A stretch of DNA of 64,000 bases from Octopus sinensis (taxonomy: Eukaryota), in the NCBI RefSeq assembly GCF_006345805.1, contig NC_043015.1, positions 40,672,001 through 40,736,000 of the forward strand. Direction: 5' to 3'. Positions 52,113 through 64,000 of this stretch are shown here, piece by piece. Within the stretch, counting starts at the first letter, position 1; each line of letters begins with the position of its first letter. The position numbers were made by a program, and so were the translations under genes. Below the pieces are notes generated by a model that was given only the letters and a program-made list of their open reading frames with translations, did not search any database and was not told the DNA's origin.

Positions 52113-53356
52113 CTATAGCAGGACCACCAACAAGACCAGTCTGTGGAGCGAATTTGCTAGCAATTACAGAATCTCCTACTTCCTCTCAATGATCATACGC
52201 CCTATAATCAGGATGTCACCCGATGTGTGTGACAGCACAGAAGATCTCCTAAGCAGGATCAGTGACTGTAACAAAACTTGTGACTTGACAGGATGTATAG
52301 TAGGTAGCATGGATGTGGTATCCCTATACCCATCGATTGACGTAGATTTTGCAGTGGAGAAGTGCGTGGAGATGATCAACGAGAGCCAGGTGAGTTCTGT
52401 AATGTCGACACAGAAGAACTGGGCCTCCTACTTAGACTGACATATAATAGTGAATACTTAGATAAACATAATCTTAGTAGTTTCTGCCCCAGTAGATGTT
52501 TAAGAGGTGACCGCCTACAATTACTTCTATGGCTAGGAAGACACATATAGAAAGATGGCGCGGATGGACCAGAGCCATACGGAGCCCGCAAATGTCCATC
52601 AGGTAAAGAAAATGATCGCACATGCACTAGGAGCTAGTATAAGAGTTACCCTAAAAGGCCACACATTTAAATTTAATAATAAAATATATGCCCAGGACGA
52701 GGGGGCAGCCATCGGTGTTAGTATCGCTGGTGATGTGGCCAACCTCTTCATGGTATGGTGGGACAGAAGGCTTAAAGAATGCCTACTGCAGAAATCCATA
52801 CTCGTAAACATGTACTCTCGCTATGTTGATGATATCAATATAGTAGTAAAGGCACCCCCCACAGAGAGTACTGTTGATATAGTAATAGAAACTAATACTA
52901 TGGAGAGCATCCAGCAAATAGCTAACTCCATCCACCAGAGTATTAAGGTCACAATAGACTACCCCACTAACACCCCAACCATAGACTACCAGTACTAGAC
53001 ACTGAACTCTGGCTAGAAATTGTGAAAAATAAAACCCAAATCCTTCATTCATACTATGCAAAACCTATGGCCTCAAAATACCTGATCCACCAGAACTCAG
53101 CCATTGCGGGCAATGCCAAATTCAATATTTGATGGCAGACCTCGTCAGAATAATGAGAAATGTGTCACGCATGTGCGAGCCTACAGAATTAAAGAGACAC
53201 ATACAGTATTTCATTCACCGCATGCAGTTCTCAGGTTACAGCCATAAAGAAGGATCAGAGTATACAAAAGGAGCCATGAAGAAATTTGATAATATATTAT
53301 GTATGATAGGAATGGGATTTGCCCACTCTATAGGAACAAGTCATGGAACACTATAG
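52113..53356 (+). pseudogene. PLE reverse transcriptase, frameshifted into several pieces
   Basis: Motifs PPTRPV, GSMDVVSLYPSID, FKFNNKIYAQDEGAAIGVSIAGDVANLFM and SRYVDDINIV lie in at least four frames (ORFs 52105, 52362, 52555, 53129). Confidence 0.9.
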
Positions 53357-53422
53357 AAAGGACAAAAAAGAAAATAGGGGAAGGCCAACTCTTGGTATGA
53401 TAGCCATAAATACCAGAGTGTC

Positions 53423-53956
53423 ATGTTCGTTGACACCACCCCTGGAGGTGAACTAGCGTACCGCTTTAGAAGGACCCTAGATAAACTTAAACTAAGAATT
53501 AAGGTTGTTGAAAAGCCAGGCAACCCTATCAGATCTATAATTGGTAGAAGCTATCCTTTTAGTAGAACTCTCTGTACGGATAACTATTGCACTGTATGTA
53601 GATTTAGCCCACAAACGAACTGTAAAGCCAGAAATGTGGTCTATAGTATAAGATGTATAGAGGGACGATGCAGTAACAAGACAGTAACATACGTAGGGGA
53701 AACTGCAAGAAGCATTGGTGAGCGGGTGAATGAACATTGGAGACAACTCAAGGAAGGTAAAAGCTCATCGATTCTGTACCAACACGCCGAACAAGAACAC
53801 GGGGGATCAATCAATAACATAGAGATTAAGATATTGTCCACACATAGAACAGATGCAACAATTAGACAAATTACAGAAGCTACACATATAATAGAAAATA
53901 AACCTAGCCTGAATAGAAAACTAGAATGGAGCAATAGCGCACACCACAACATATGA
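53423..53956 (+). pseudogene. PLE GIY-YIG endonuclease domain (C-terminal part of the broken ORF)
   Basis: CKARNVVYSIRC...TYVGETARSIGERVNEH...LYQH..EH...RQITEATHI...PSLNRKLEW matches the PLE GIY-YIG pattern with its Cys/His motif. Confidence 0.9.
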
Positions 53957-54079
53957 CAATAGTGGATCCTGCAAACATAATAAATACACAGGTAATTAAA
54001 GAAATAGAAATGAATATCTATATATATGTATATGTGTATATTATGTATATGTATATGTGTATATATGTGTGTATATATG

Positions 54080-54111
<32 letters not shown>

Positions 54112-54465
54112 TATATATATATGTATATTATTCTTTTTTTTTTTTTTTTTCGATTAGATTTATTATTATTATTACTAATATTGTTGTTATACATACATAC
54201 AAGCATATGTAATGATAATAATGGGTGATGTAAACACATGAACAAAATTAGAACAAAAGCAACAAAACAAAACAACAAAAACAAAATACAATACAAGAAT
54301 GTATATAACCAGAAGATACAAATATTACAGGCATCCCCCCCACACACACACTAAATAAACATAGACGCACATAGAGATATAAGCATGCGCAAATGAAGAC
54401 ATACAATAGAAATACAATGGCTGACGGTTAGTAAGGAAGACACAAGTAAGTGAGAAGAAAACAAA

Positions 54466-54510
54466 GGACCACTGATGCGGTCACAGGAGTGTGACGAAAG
54501 AACTTTGGCC
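54466..54510 (+). ncRNA. Type I hammerhead ribozyme-like motif in the PLE 3' repeat (A9>C)
   Basis: GGACCA-CUGAUGC-G-GUCAC(AGGAGU)GUGAC-GAAA-G(AA)C-UU^UGGCC. Stems I, II and a minimal stem III can be drawn. The mirror copy at 51341-51385 (-) lacks G12. Confidence 0.55.
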
Positions 54511-54691
54511 GAAATAAGATTAAGATTAATGTAAAAATAATATCACTGAAGCAAAATAACACCAATAATAGTGCGTGTGTTTTTTATTGGCTAAACTGGC
54601 AATATGACCATTCCGAAAATAACAATATCTGTTTCAACACACACGACTTCACATAAAAAATCTTGCACAACAAATATTTAAACGTACTATA

Positions 54692-54736
<45 letters not shown>

Positions 54737-54808
54737 TATATATATACATATATATATTATATACATATATATATATATATATCTATACATATATATATAT
54801 ATATATAT

Positions 54809-54865
<57 letters not shown>

Positions 54866-54891
54866 CATATATATATATATAATAAATAGTT

Positions 54892-55295
54892 GTAGGAGTG
54901 GCTGTGTGGTAAGTAGCTTGCTTACCGACCACATGGTTCAGGGTTCAGTCCCACTGCATAGTACCTTGGACAAGTGTCTTCTACTATAGCCTTGGGCCGA
55001 CCAAAGCCTTGTGAGTGGATTTGGTAGACGGAAACTGAAAGAAGCCCATCGTATATATGTATATGTATGTATGTGTGTGTATGTGTTTGTGCCCCCCCCC
55101 CAACATCGCTTGACAACCGATGCTGGTGTGTTTACATCCCTGTAACTTAGTGGTTCAGCAAAAGAGACCGATAGAATAAGTACTAGGCTTACAAAGAATA
55201 AGTCCTGGGGTCGATTTGCTCGACTAAAGATGGTGCTCCAGCATGGCCACAGTCAAATGACTGAAACAAGTAAAAGAGTAAAAGAGAGTAAAGAG

Positions 55296-55296
<1 letters not shown>
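54892..55296 (+). mobile_element. SINE family A
   Basis: Collinear with family A. Confidence 0.9.
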
Positions 55297-55327
<31 letters not shown>

Positions 55328-55732
55328 CTTAAATGTCCATATAATTAAACATACATTAGGAGATTTAATTAACCTCATCTGCTTTCAGTTGATTTCTGTA
55401 GTTATCATCAGTGTACTTTGGCAATTTAAATATGGGTTTTGACTGTTATTTCCAGCAAGGAGACATACTTAATATTTAATCCTTCGGCTATTTAATGCTT
55501 TTCTTGGGCCTGTAATCGCCTATATTATTGATTCTGTCATTATCATTTTTTTTAAATAGTCATTCCAGATAATAATAACAAAATTAATAACATCTTAGCA
55601 AATTAATTTTACAAGAATTATTTTTTCTGGTGAATTGTTTGCCCTTGTATTGAGAGTGTGTGTGTGTGTTGTGTGTGTGTGTGTGACACAATAGAGCAGT
55701 GTTCTCACTGCCCTGTCCACTCAAACATCATT

Positions 55733-55978
55733 CTATTTCTCTACTACCCACAAGGGGCTAAACACAGAGGGGACAAACAAGGACAGACAAACGGATTAAG
55801 TCGATTATATCGACCCCATTGCGTAACTGGTACTTAATTTATCGACCCCTAAAGGATGAAAAGCAAAGTCGACCTCGGCGGAATTTGAACTCAGAACATA
55901 ATGGCAGACGAAATACTGCTAAGTATTTCACCCGGCGTGCTAACGTTTCTGCCAGCTTGCCGCCTTGGCCAGCTCACC
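55733..55978 (-). mobile_element. SINE family B
   Basis: Reverse complement of the family B layout. Confidence 0.88.
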
Positions 55979-57253
55979 ACATCATTCACACAACAGTCGG
56001 TTGGTTGATCCACCGACCAACACACTACAACCTTTGCCTTCACACACCATGTGCTGGCCTCCCCCTCTGCCCTCACCTCTGTCAACGCTGCTCCTCTCAG
56101 CTCTATCTGACACACTCTCCTCTTCCCATCACTCCCTAATCTGCCTCACACCCCACACACCCAATACGCTAATCCCTTCCACAGCAGATAAGCTAAGGCA
56201 AGAGTTAACGAGCTTTGCATCAACTAGAACTGGCGCTCTACCGATTATGACTACCAGGGATCCAGTTGATCCGATCAATGGAACAGCCTGCTTCTGAAAT
56301 TAACATACAGGTGGCTGAGTACTCCACAGACATGCTCTCCTTTAATGTAGTTCTTTGGGAGATTCAGCGCGACACAGAATGTGACAAGGCTGACCCCTTT
56401 GAAATCACGAGTACAACTCATTTTTGCCGCCCAAGTGGACTGGAGCAAAGTGAAATAAAGTGTCTTGCTCAAGAACACAGTGCACTGCCAGGAACCGAAC
56501 TCACGATTCTATGATCTGGATTCCCTAACCATTCATAACGACACGCTAAATAAATGTCTGAATGAAGTGGAATTTGAATTCACAACCCACGAAGTTTGGT
56601 TGAACAATTAATTATGCTAACCTCTGTAGCTATCAGTGCGAAGATCAAATTCTTCCTCACACACACAATCGTTATATACGTCTCTCTCTCTCTTCCTTTC
56701 AACATACAGACTTTTATAACTTGTGATATGTAACATGTATTAGCCTAATTAAATCATTCGTTAACTAATTAGCTGTCCTAATTAATTATCTGCGTTGTTC
56801 ATGATTCGCATATTTCCTTCCTTTAGTTTTTCAAGATCAGAATAGGCGTAGCTATGGCTACGCAGTTTAAGGAGCTAATATTGGAATCCTGTGCTTTTCG
56901 TTTCAGTCCCAGTTCACAGCACCCAACGCAAGGGTCTGTTCTTATACTCTTGTATTATGGCCCCAGAGTAACCAATGCCTTTGTAAGTGAATTTGTATGG
57001 GAAGGAAATTGTATGGGAACAAGTCAGTGACTGTGTGGTAAAAAGCTTGCTTCCCAACCCCACGGTCCCGTGTTCAATCCCACTGTGTAACACCTTGAGC
57101 AAGTGCCTTCTATTATAGCCTTGGGCCAACCAAAGCCTTCTGAGTGGATTTGGTTGAATATAATGGGAAGGTTTACGAAAATAAACAAAAGACGAAGGCA
57201 GGTGGAGTACAAACAAACAAATGTATTAGTATAGCGCTCAGGAATAGAAAAAG

Positions 57254-57291
57254 TCTTTTACGTTTCGAGCCTACGCTCTTCGACAGAAAGA
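57254..57291 (-). ncRNA. Minimal type I hammerhead-like motif (A6>U) in a PLE-type remnant
   Basis: Minus strand UCUUU-CUGUCGA-A-GAGC(GUAG)GCUC-GAAA-CG-UA^AAAGA: 5-bp stem I, 4-bp stem II, palindromic ACGU stem III. Confidence 0.6.
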
Positions 57292-57432
57292 TACACAGAA
57301 AAAAAAATAAGGAGAGAAACAAGGAGAAAAAAAAATGCATGTAGGAGCTAACGATCTATCATGCCGTTGGGCAGTGGTCAGACGCTAGAGGGACAGTAGG
57401 GGAGATAACAGGGTCGAGTGACTTCCAAAACG

Positions 57433-57481
<49 letters not shown>

Positions 57482-59320
57482 TATATTTATATATGCATGT
57501 GCATGTATGTGTATCTTTGTATCTGTGTTTGCACCACTAGCATTCCTTTATAACTGATGTTGGTTTGTTTATGTCCCCTTAACTTAGCAGTCTGGTAAAG
57601 AAAACCAATGGAATATATTCCTGACTTCAAGGAATAAGTCCTGGGGTCAATTTGTGCAAGATGGCGCCTCAGTGTGGCCAGAGGCCAATGACTGAAACAA
57701 GTAGACAAAAAGCTAAGTAAGAAAAAGATTTTTCGAAAAACACCATGGGTTGGCAAGGTTTACAAATGTTGGAGTAGCAATCTGTCATTGCATTTACACA
57801 ACAGATGACCTTCCTTACGGCTGGCCAATCAACTGCGGAGGAAAGAAGCCAGGAGCATCCATTTCCTCACCTTAGATATGGACATAATACTTAAGGATAA
57901 AGAATAGGCGCAAAAATTAGAGCTCAGTGGTAGTTCTGAAGTGATGGTCACTACAAGTGATAGGTCAGTAATGATGGTCACAATAGGTTTTTGGTCGATA
58001 ATTAAATATGGCCATCACCATCATCATCATGACCATCACCACCATCTGCCTGAGTAAGACTGATGTGAGGGTTAAACCACAACGAAACCCTGCAAGTTTA
58101 AAGGGCACATCTATATTTTCTTTACTAGTACAACTCCCACTACTACCAACAATGCATTCCAACAAGGAAGTCATTAGGCACTTAATCAACTTGCTAGAAA
58201 TAGCAACCAAATTACCAGCAGACCACACTATCATCATCATCACTATTTAACATCTGCTTTCCATGCTGGCATGGGTTGGATGACTTAATAGCAACTGGCA
58301 AGCTGGAGGGCAGCACCAGGTTCCAGCCGTCTGTTTTGGCTTTGGCATGGTTTCTATGGCTGGATGCCCTTGCTAATGTCAACCATTCTTTAGAGTGCAC
58401 TGGGTGCTTTTTTTATGTGGTGCCAGCTCGGGTGTTCCTTATGTGGCACCAGCAAGGGTGCATTCTATGTGGCACCAGCACAATAAAAAAAATAATAAAC
58501 TACAAAAAAGACCTATAGCCATCACTCAGAAATGGATATAGCTTGGTGACATGTATCATACATTCATGAATTGCTTTAGGGGCCTGTGTAGTAACAAAAG
58601 GGACATAGGCTCCTTCTTGGCCCCTTACACCTTTGACCCAATGGAGCATTCAAGATGTTACAAGCAGAGAGGAAGAGAGCAGTCTGAACCTTGTTTGATG
58701 CTCATTTTCAAGACTGGAGCAATCTCAAATGAAATATCTTGCTCAAGGCCACAACACAATCCAGGAACTGAATTCACAACCTTACTACAGCCAGTTAAAC
58801 ATCTTAACCCAGTGGCTCTCAACCATGGTTCCCAGGGCCACATGCGGCCCTCAGGCATCCTTCTAGCCACCCTCAACAGTTTTCTCTCTATAATTGTAAA
58901 GCATTTGTGTTTTTGTGCTTTAATGTTTTTTGTTTGTTTGTTTTTTTTTTGTGCTGCCCCCTAAAAGAACCTAGGTTTTGGATCTGGCCCTGGATATTAA
59001 AATGGTTAAGAGCCACTGCCCTAACCTGACTACAAGGCTGCAAGTCTTCTTAGAAAAGAACATTGGATTATGCTGCCAAGAGCTTCCAGCACAGAACAAA
59101 ACAGACAAGATGGTCACAGATGGATTGCTTATGATTATAGGCTTGCTAATTAAGGGCCAAATCAGGAATATACAACAATAACAAGTGATACACTACAGCC
59201 ATGACCACTTCACCTGAATCTTTTACCACCACCACTACCACCACCACCACCACCACCAGAAGTTTACATAAAATGAAGACAGAATTGAAAGACAGTTATA
59301 AAGGTTTGACCTTTAATACC

Positions 59321-59356
<36 letters not shown>

Positions 59357-59578
59357 GGAGAGAGAGAGAGAGAGGCAGGGAGAGGGAGAGAGGTCAGAGA
59401 AATATTGCTAACATTTCAACTATAATGGCATTTTGAAGAGTGCCATTTAACAAGTCAAAAAAAAAATTATCATAATGTCTAATGGAAGAACACTGGATTG
59501 AGGGGAGGGGCAAGGGATTGGTGGGCTAGCAGTGAGGGGAGGGGACGTTTGTTTGTTTCAACAACATTAACAATAAAT

Positions 59579-59635
<57 letters not shown>

Positions 59636-59821
59636 AGAACAGATTCTTTGTGGAAAATAGCGATTTGACGTCTATATCTAGCATGTTGACCATCCACTTT
59701 TAGTGGTCAGTCCTTTAAATTTTGTATGTAAAAATATTTTAATCTTCGGATGTTTTTAATATGCTGGGCCACTGGTTTTAATTGATTAATATCAATTTCT
59801 ACCCTTATTCAATTTTATATA

Positions 59822-60202
59822 TCTCTCTCTATATAAACAGCAGTTTGTCTGTGCGTTTTCTGTGTGTCTGTCAGGTTGTACCCTCACCCTGACCACGGCT
59901 TTCAACCGATTCTGATGAAACTTGACACACACATAGCCCAATGTCATAATTCAAAACTAACGCAGCGAAAATTTTGAAAAGTTCCCCCAGTTCTGAAAAA
60001 AATTGATAAATTCGACATGGGGTTGAGAATCAGAAACACAAACCGCAAACTATCTAGGGGACGCAACTCCACCTTTTTTAACTAAAAAAAAAATTTACCA
60101 TCATTTTTTTCCATTTTTTGCTATTTTTTGGCTATAACTCTCTAAAAATGCTTTATAGTTATTTCCCTTACAAACCTGAGCAACGCCGGGCGATACTGCT
60201 AG
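59822..60202 (+). mobile_element. Non-autonomous Helitron
   Basis: A|TC start, CCTGAGCAACGCCGGG hairpin, ATACTGCTAG|T end shared with the 24064 copy. Confidence 0.8.
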
Positions 60203-61606
60203 TATATATATATATATATATATATGCATATGCATATATGTATGTTTATTTGTATAAATACATATATACACATATATTATTGTTATTATTAGTTCGCTCA
60301 TCAATGTTGACGATGACCAAGGACATCAGATGGGAGATTACAGAACTAATTCTCATCCGTCCTTAGCCTCTGGTCAAACACCACCATGGCATTTAGTCAT
60401 TACAGATGCATTATAGTCATGCAATTTAGCTCTCTTCACTCTTGGGCCACAGGCCTAATTGGTCCTTCACAGGAGCTAGGTCAAAAGTCCACACAGAATG
60501 CAGCTTTTAAGCTAGTCACATATAAACATGGTCTTCCTTAAAGTAGTCATAAAGGAATTTGACCGTATGACAGCAGGTTGAGATTAGCTCTGACTTTTTT
60601 TTTGCTTGTTAAGAATTATAGTATGGTATGTGGCCTAGTGGTTAGAGTGTTGGACTCATAATCATAAAGTCATGGGTTCAATTCCTAGACTAGGTGGTAA
60701 ATTGTTTCTTTGAACAAAGCATGTCCTTCTCTGTTGCTTCAGTCTAGTTAACTTGACCAAATCTTATAGGACAGAGATTACGGTATTTTGTATTTGCTCT
60801 TACTAAAGGACTAACATTTAATAGTTCAAACTAAATGAGACACTGCACTGCTTTCTCTTCTAAAATGCAAAGCTTAGGTGGGTCTTTAAAAAACGAGATT
60901 AGGGCACTACTTGTTTGCCTCAAAATGATAATAAAAAACTGCCTGCCTTGTCTAAAGTAAACAATTGATTTAAACCAGTGATTCTGTCCTCAGTAGCCAA
61001 ACATAGAGTGCTCTGGCCCTTGGCATCCCAACTTAGTGACAGTGTCTTTCTATAGCATGTTATGTAGTGGCCTTACTATTGGGAGTTCAGAAAACAGAAA
61101 CCTGGCCCTTGATAGCCTAGCTCACAGTAACCATGACATTGCTGGGCCAACTCATGGTCATTTTTTTTTGTTCTTGATAGCTCCACCTTTATTTGACCAA
61201 GCTCAAAGTGACCTTGTACATATAGCCAAGACCTTGCACTTGACAGCCCAGGTCATAACGACTTTGCCCTTCGTTGTCCAGATCATAACGACCCTACAAC
61301 TTCTGTCCACTGAATCATAGATTCAGTTGTTGTAGGTTCGTGAACAATAGAAATGTCTAACTTATACACAAAGACACAGATACACATACAATGACTAACA
61401 CACACACTCGTAGACACATGACAGTCACCTCAAGACATACGCAAGCATATACACAAGTACACACATATATAAACATACAGTCATAGACAGGCAGAAACAA
61501 AAGTCAATACCTCCTTGACACATGGAAATTATTAATGATATTTGAAAACTATCATGTGTGTCTGTGTGTGTGTGCGTATATATATATATGTGTATGTGTG
61601 TATAAA

Positions 61607-61838
61607 GGTGGCGAGCTGACAGAAACGTGAGCGTGCTGGGCGAAATGCTTAGCGGTATTTCGTCTGTCATTACGTTCTGAGTTCAAATTCCGCTGAGGTC
61701 GACTTTGCCTTTCATCCTTTCAGGGTCGATAAATTAAATACCAGTTTCGCACTGGAAGTCGATGTAATCGACTTAATCCCTTTGTCTGTCCTTGTTTGTC
61801 CCCTCTATGTTTAGCCCCTTGTGGGTAGTAAAGAAATA
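61607..61838 (+). mobile_element. SINE family B; older copies at ~28852-29070 (-) and ~32495-33050 (+, three pieces)
   Basis: Collinear with family B. Confidence 0.9.
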
Positions 61839-62656
61839 TATATATGTGTATGTATGTATGTATGTATGTATGTACAGAGAGAGTATAGAGAAAAAGAGAG
61901 AGTACAGAGAGAAAGATACAGACATCTATCTCTGATAGTGCCGCATAAAAAGCACGAGTGATGGTGCCATGATGGTGCCACATAAAAAGCATTCAGTGCA
62001 CTTTGTAAAGTGGTTGGCATTAGGTAGGGCAACCAGCTGTAGGGACCATGCCCAAACAGATAATGATGCAACCCCTGGCCCTGCCAGTTCCTGTCAAACT
62101 GTCCAACCCATGTCAGCAATGGAAAAGGGACATTAAATGATGATGATGACAATGATATACACATATTCATTTATTGTTTTTACATCTGTGTTTTCATGCC
62201 AGCATGGGTCAGCTGAATGTTTTCAAGGCATTGTTTCCTGTCAAAGACCTTTCCTGTTTTACCACGTAGGGGATGCTTTATTCTACACATCTTTGAAGGC
62301 GCAAAGCAAGCGGAAGAGCTCTTGAGAGAGGAAATGACAGAAACATCACCCATAACTGATTCTCAGAAAAGCACAAATCTAAACAAACACAAATACATGA
62401 GTGTACATATGTATGTGTGTGCATGTGTATAATTAAATAGAGATAGTTATAGCTGGTCTATGGGGCTACCCAGGGTTTCAAGTCCATGAAGCACTTGGCT
62501 TTACAGCATCTCTTCAGCTAAGTGCTTTGTGGACACGAAACTCTGAGTAACTCCACAGACTGGCCATTACTATCTTTATCTAATTACTCTTCTAATGCTC
62601 TCTTACTTAAAATGTGCTTCTCTTTCAGATTTATGGTTTACTGACAATATATATAT

Positions 62657-63047
62657 ACTCTTTTACTTGTTTCAGTCATTTGACTGCGGCCATGCTGGAG
62701 CACCGCCTTTAATCGAGCAACTCGACTCCGGGACTTATTCTTTTGTAATCCCAGTACTTATTCTATCGGTCTCTTTTGCCGAACCACTAAGTAACGGGGA
62801 CATAAACACACCAGCATCGATTGTCAAGCAATGCTAGGGGGACAAACACAGACACACAAACACACACACGCATATATATATATATATACACGACAGGCTT
62901 CTTTCAGTTTCCGTCTACCAAATCCACTCACAAGGCTTTGGTCGGCCCGAGGCTATAGTAGAAGACACTTGCCCAAGGTGCCACGTAGTGGGACTGAACC
63001 CGGAACCATGTGGTTGGTAAACAAGCTACTTACCACACAGCCACTCC
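62657..63047 (-). mobile_element. SINE family A; its 5' half is amplified in the 505-bp array
   Basis: Reverse complement of the family A layout. Confidence 0.9.
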
Positions 63048-64000
63048 ATATATATGTGTGTGTGGAGGCGCAATGGCCCAGTGGCTAGGGCAGCGGACTT
63101 GCGGTTGTAGGATCGCGGTTTCGATTCCCAGATCGGGTGTTGTGAGGTTTATTGAGCGAAAACGCCTAAAGCTCCACGAGGCTCCGTCAGGGGGTGGGGG
63201 TGGCGATCCCTGCTGTACTCTTTCGCCACAACTTTTTCTCACTCTTTCTTCTGTTGGCCTGCTCGCTTAGCCAGCAGGGTGGCGTCGTTTGAAGGCTAAG
63301 ACAATGCGAAGCACATTGTGACCAGCGATATGTAGTAACATCTGATAGCCTGTTCGGTCACGGTGATCACAGTGATATATATATATATATATACACGACA
63401 GGCTTCTTTCAGTTTCCGTCTACCAAATCCACTCACAAGGCTTTGGTCGGCCCGAGGCTATAGTAGAAGACACTTGCCCAAGGTGCCACGTAGTGGGACT
63501 GAACCCGGAACCATGTGGTTGGTAAACAAGCTACTTACCACACAGCCACTCCATATATATGTGTGTGTGGAGGCGCAATGGCCCAGTGGCTAGGGCAGCG
63601 GACTTGCGGTTGTAGGATCGCGGTTTCGATTCCCAGATCGGGTGTTGTGAGGTTTATTGAGCGAAAACGCCTAAAGCTCCACGAGGCTCCGTCAGGGGGT
63701 GGGGGTGGCGATCCCTGCTGTACTCTTTCGCCACAACTTTTTCTCACTCTTTCTTCTGTTGGCCTGCTCGCTTAGCCAGCAGGGTGGCGTCGTTTGAAGG
63801 CTAAGACAATGCGAAGCACATTGTGACCAGCGATATGTAGTAACATCTGATAGCCTGTTCGGTCACGGTGATCACAGTGATATATATATATATATATACA
63901 CGACAGGCTTCTTTCAGTTTCCGTCTACCAAATCCACTCACAAGGCTTTGGTCGGCCCGAGGCTATAGTAGAAGACACTTGCCCAAGGTGCCACGTAGTG
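62889..64000. repeat. 505-bp tandem array (two full units plus a partial, runs off the window)
   Basis: CACGACAGGCTTC starts at 62889, 63394 and 63899. The units look identical. Confidence 0.97.
63064..63375 (+). mobile_element. tRNA-derived SINE (GGAGGCGCAATGGCCCAGTGG head), repeated at 63569-63880
   Basis: A-box-like TGGCCCAGTGG, B-box-like GGTTTCGATTCC, GTGATCAC-type tail. Confidence 0.75.

Larger units (their letters stand above)
51221..54693 (+). mobile_element. Penelope-like retroelement (PLE), 5'-truncated, with inverted 5' copy of its own 3' end, embedded in (AT)n
   Basis: RT and GIY-YIG remnants on +. 51221-52112 is the reverse complement of 53739-54627 (the same peptide MLWCALLLHSSF... 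is read from 51899 + and 53952 -). Both flanks are long (AT)n tracts. Confidence 0.93.

Noticed and set aside
63064-63140. tRNA gene
   Set aside because: The tRNA-like head continues into a SINE body and no complete cloverleaf is evident. The same holds for the other SINE heads.

Overview
AT-rich, microsatellite-dense animal DNA, mostly intronic or intergenic. The SINE families match what I recall for octopus (coleoid cephalopod); this is an inference and no search was run. There are no rRNA, tRNA or CRISPR loci, and nearly all ORFs in the supplied track are artefacts of microsatellites or SINEs. The clearest element is a decayed Penelope-like retroelement (51221-54693) with RT and GIY-YIG domains, an ~890-bp inverted terminal arm and a hammerhead-like motif in its 3' repeat. 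Further hammerhead-like cores occur at 12.8, 24.6, 26.5, 26.7 and 57.3 kb, and three of them sit at the turn-around point of fold-back palindromes. Also present: at least four SINE families, three non-autonomous Helitrons, RTE, R2/R4-type and Tx1-like LINE relics, a mariner-type relic, hAT MITEs, a probable solo LTR, a ~945-bp tandem duplication and a 505-bp SINE-SINE tandem array running off the window end. Splice signals suggest an unidentified minus-strand host gene with short exons that ends near 6.57 kb.
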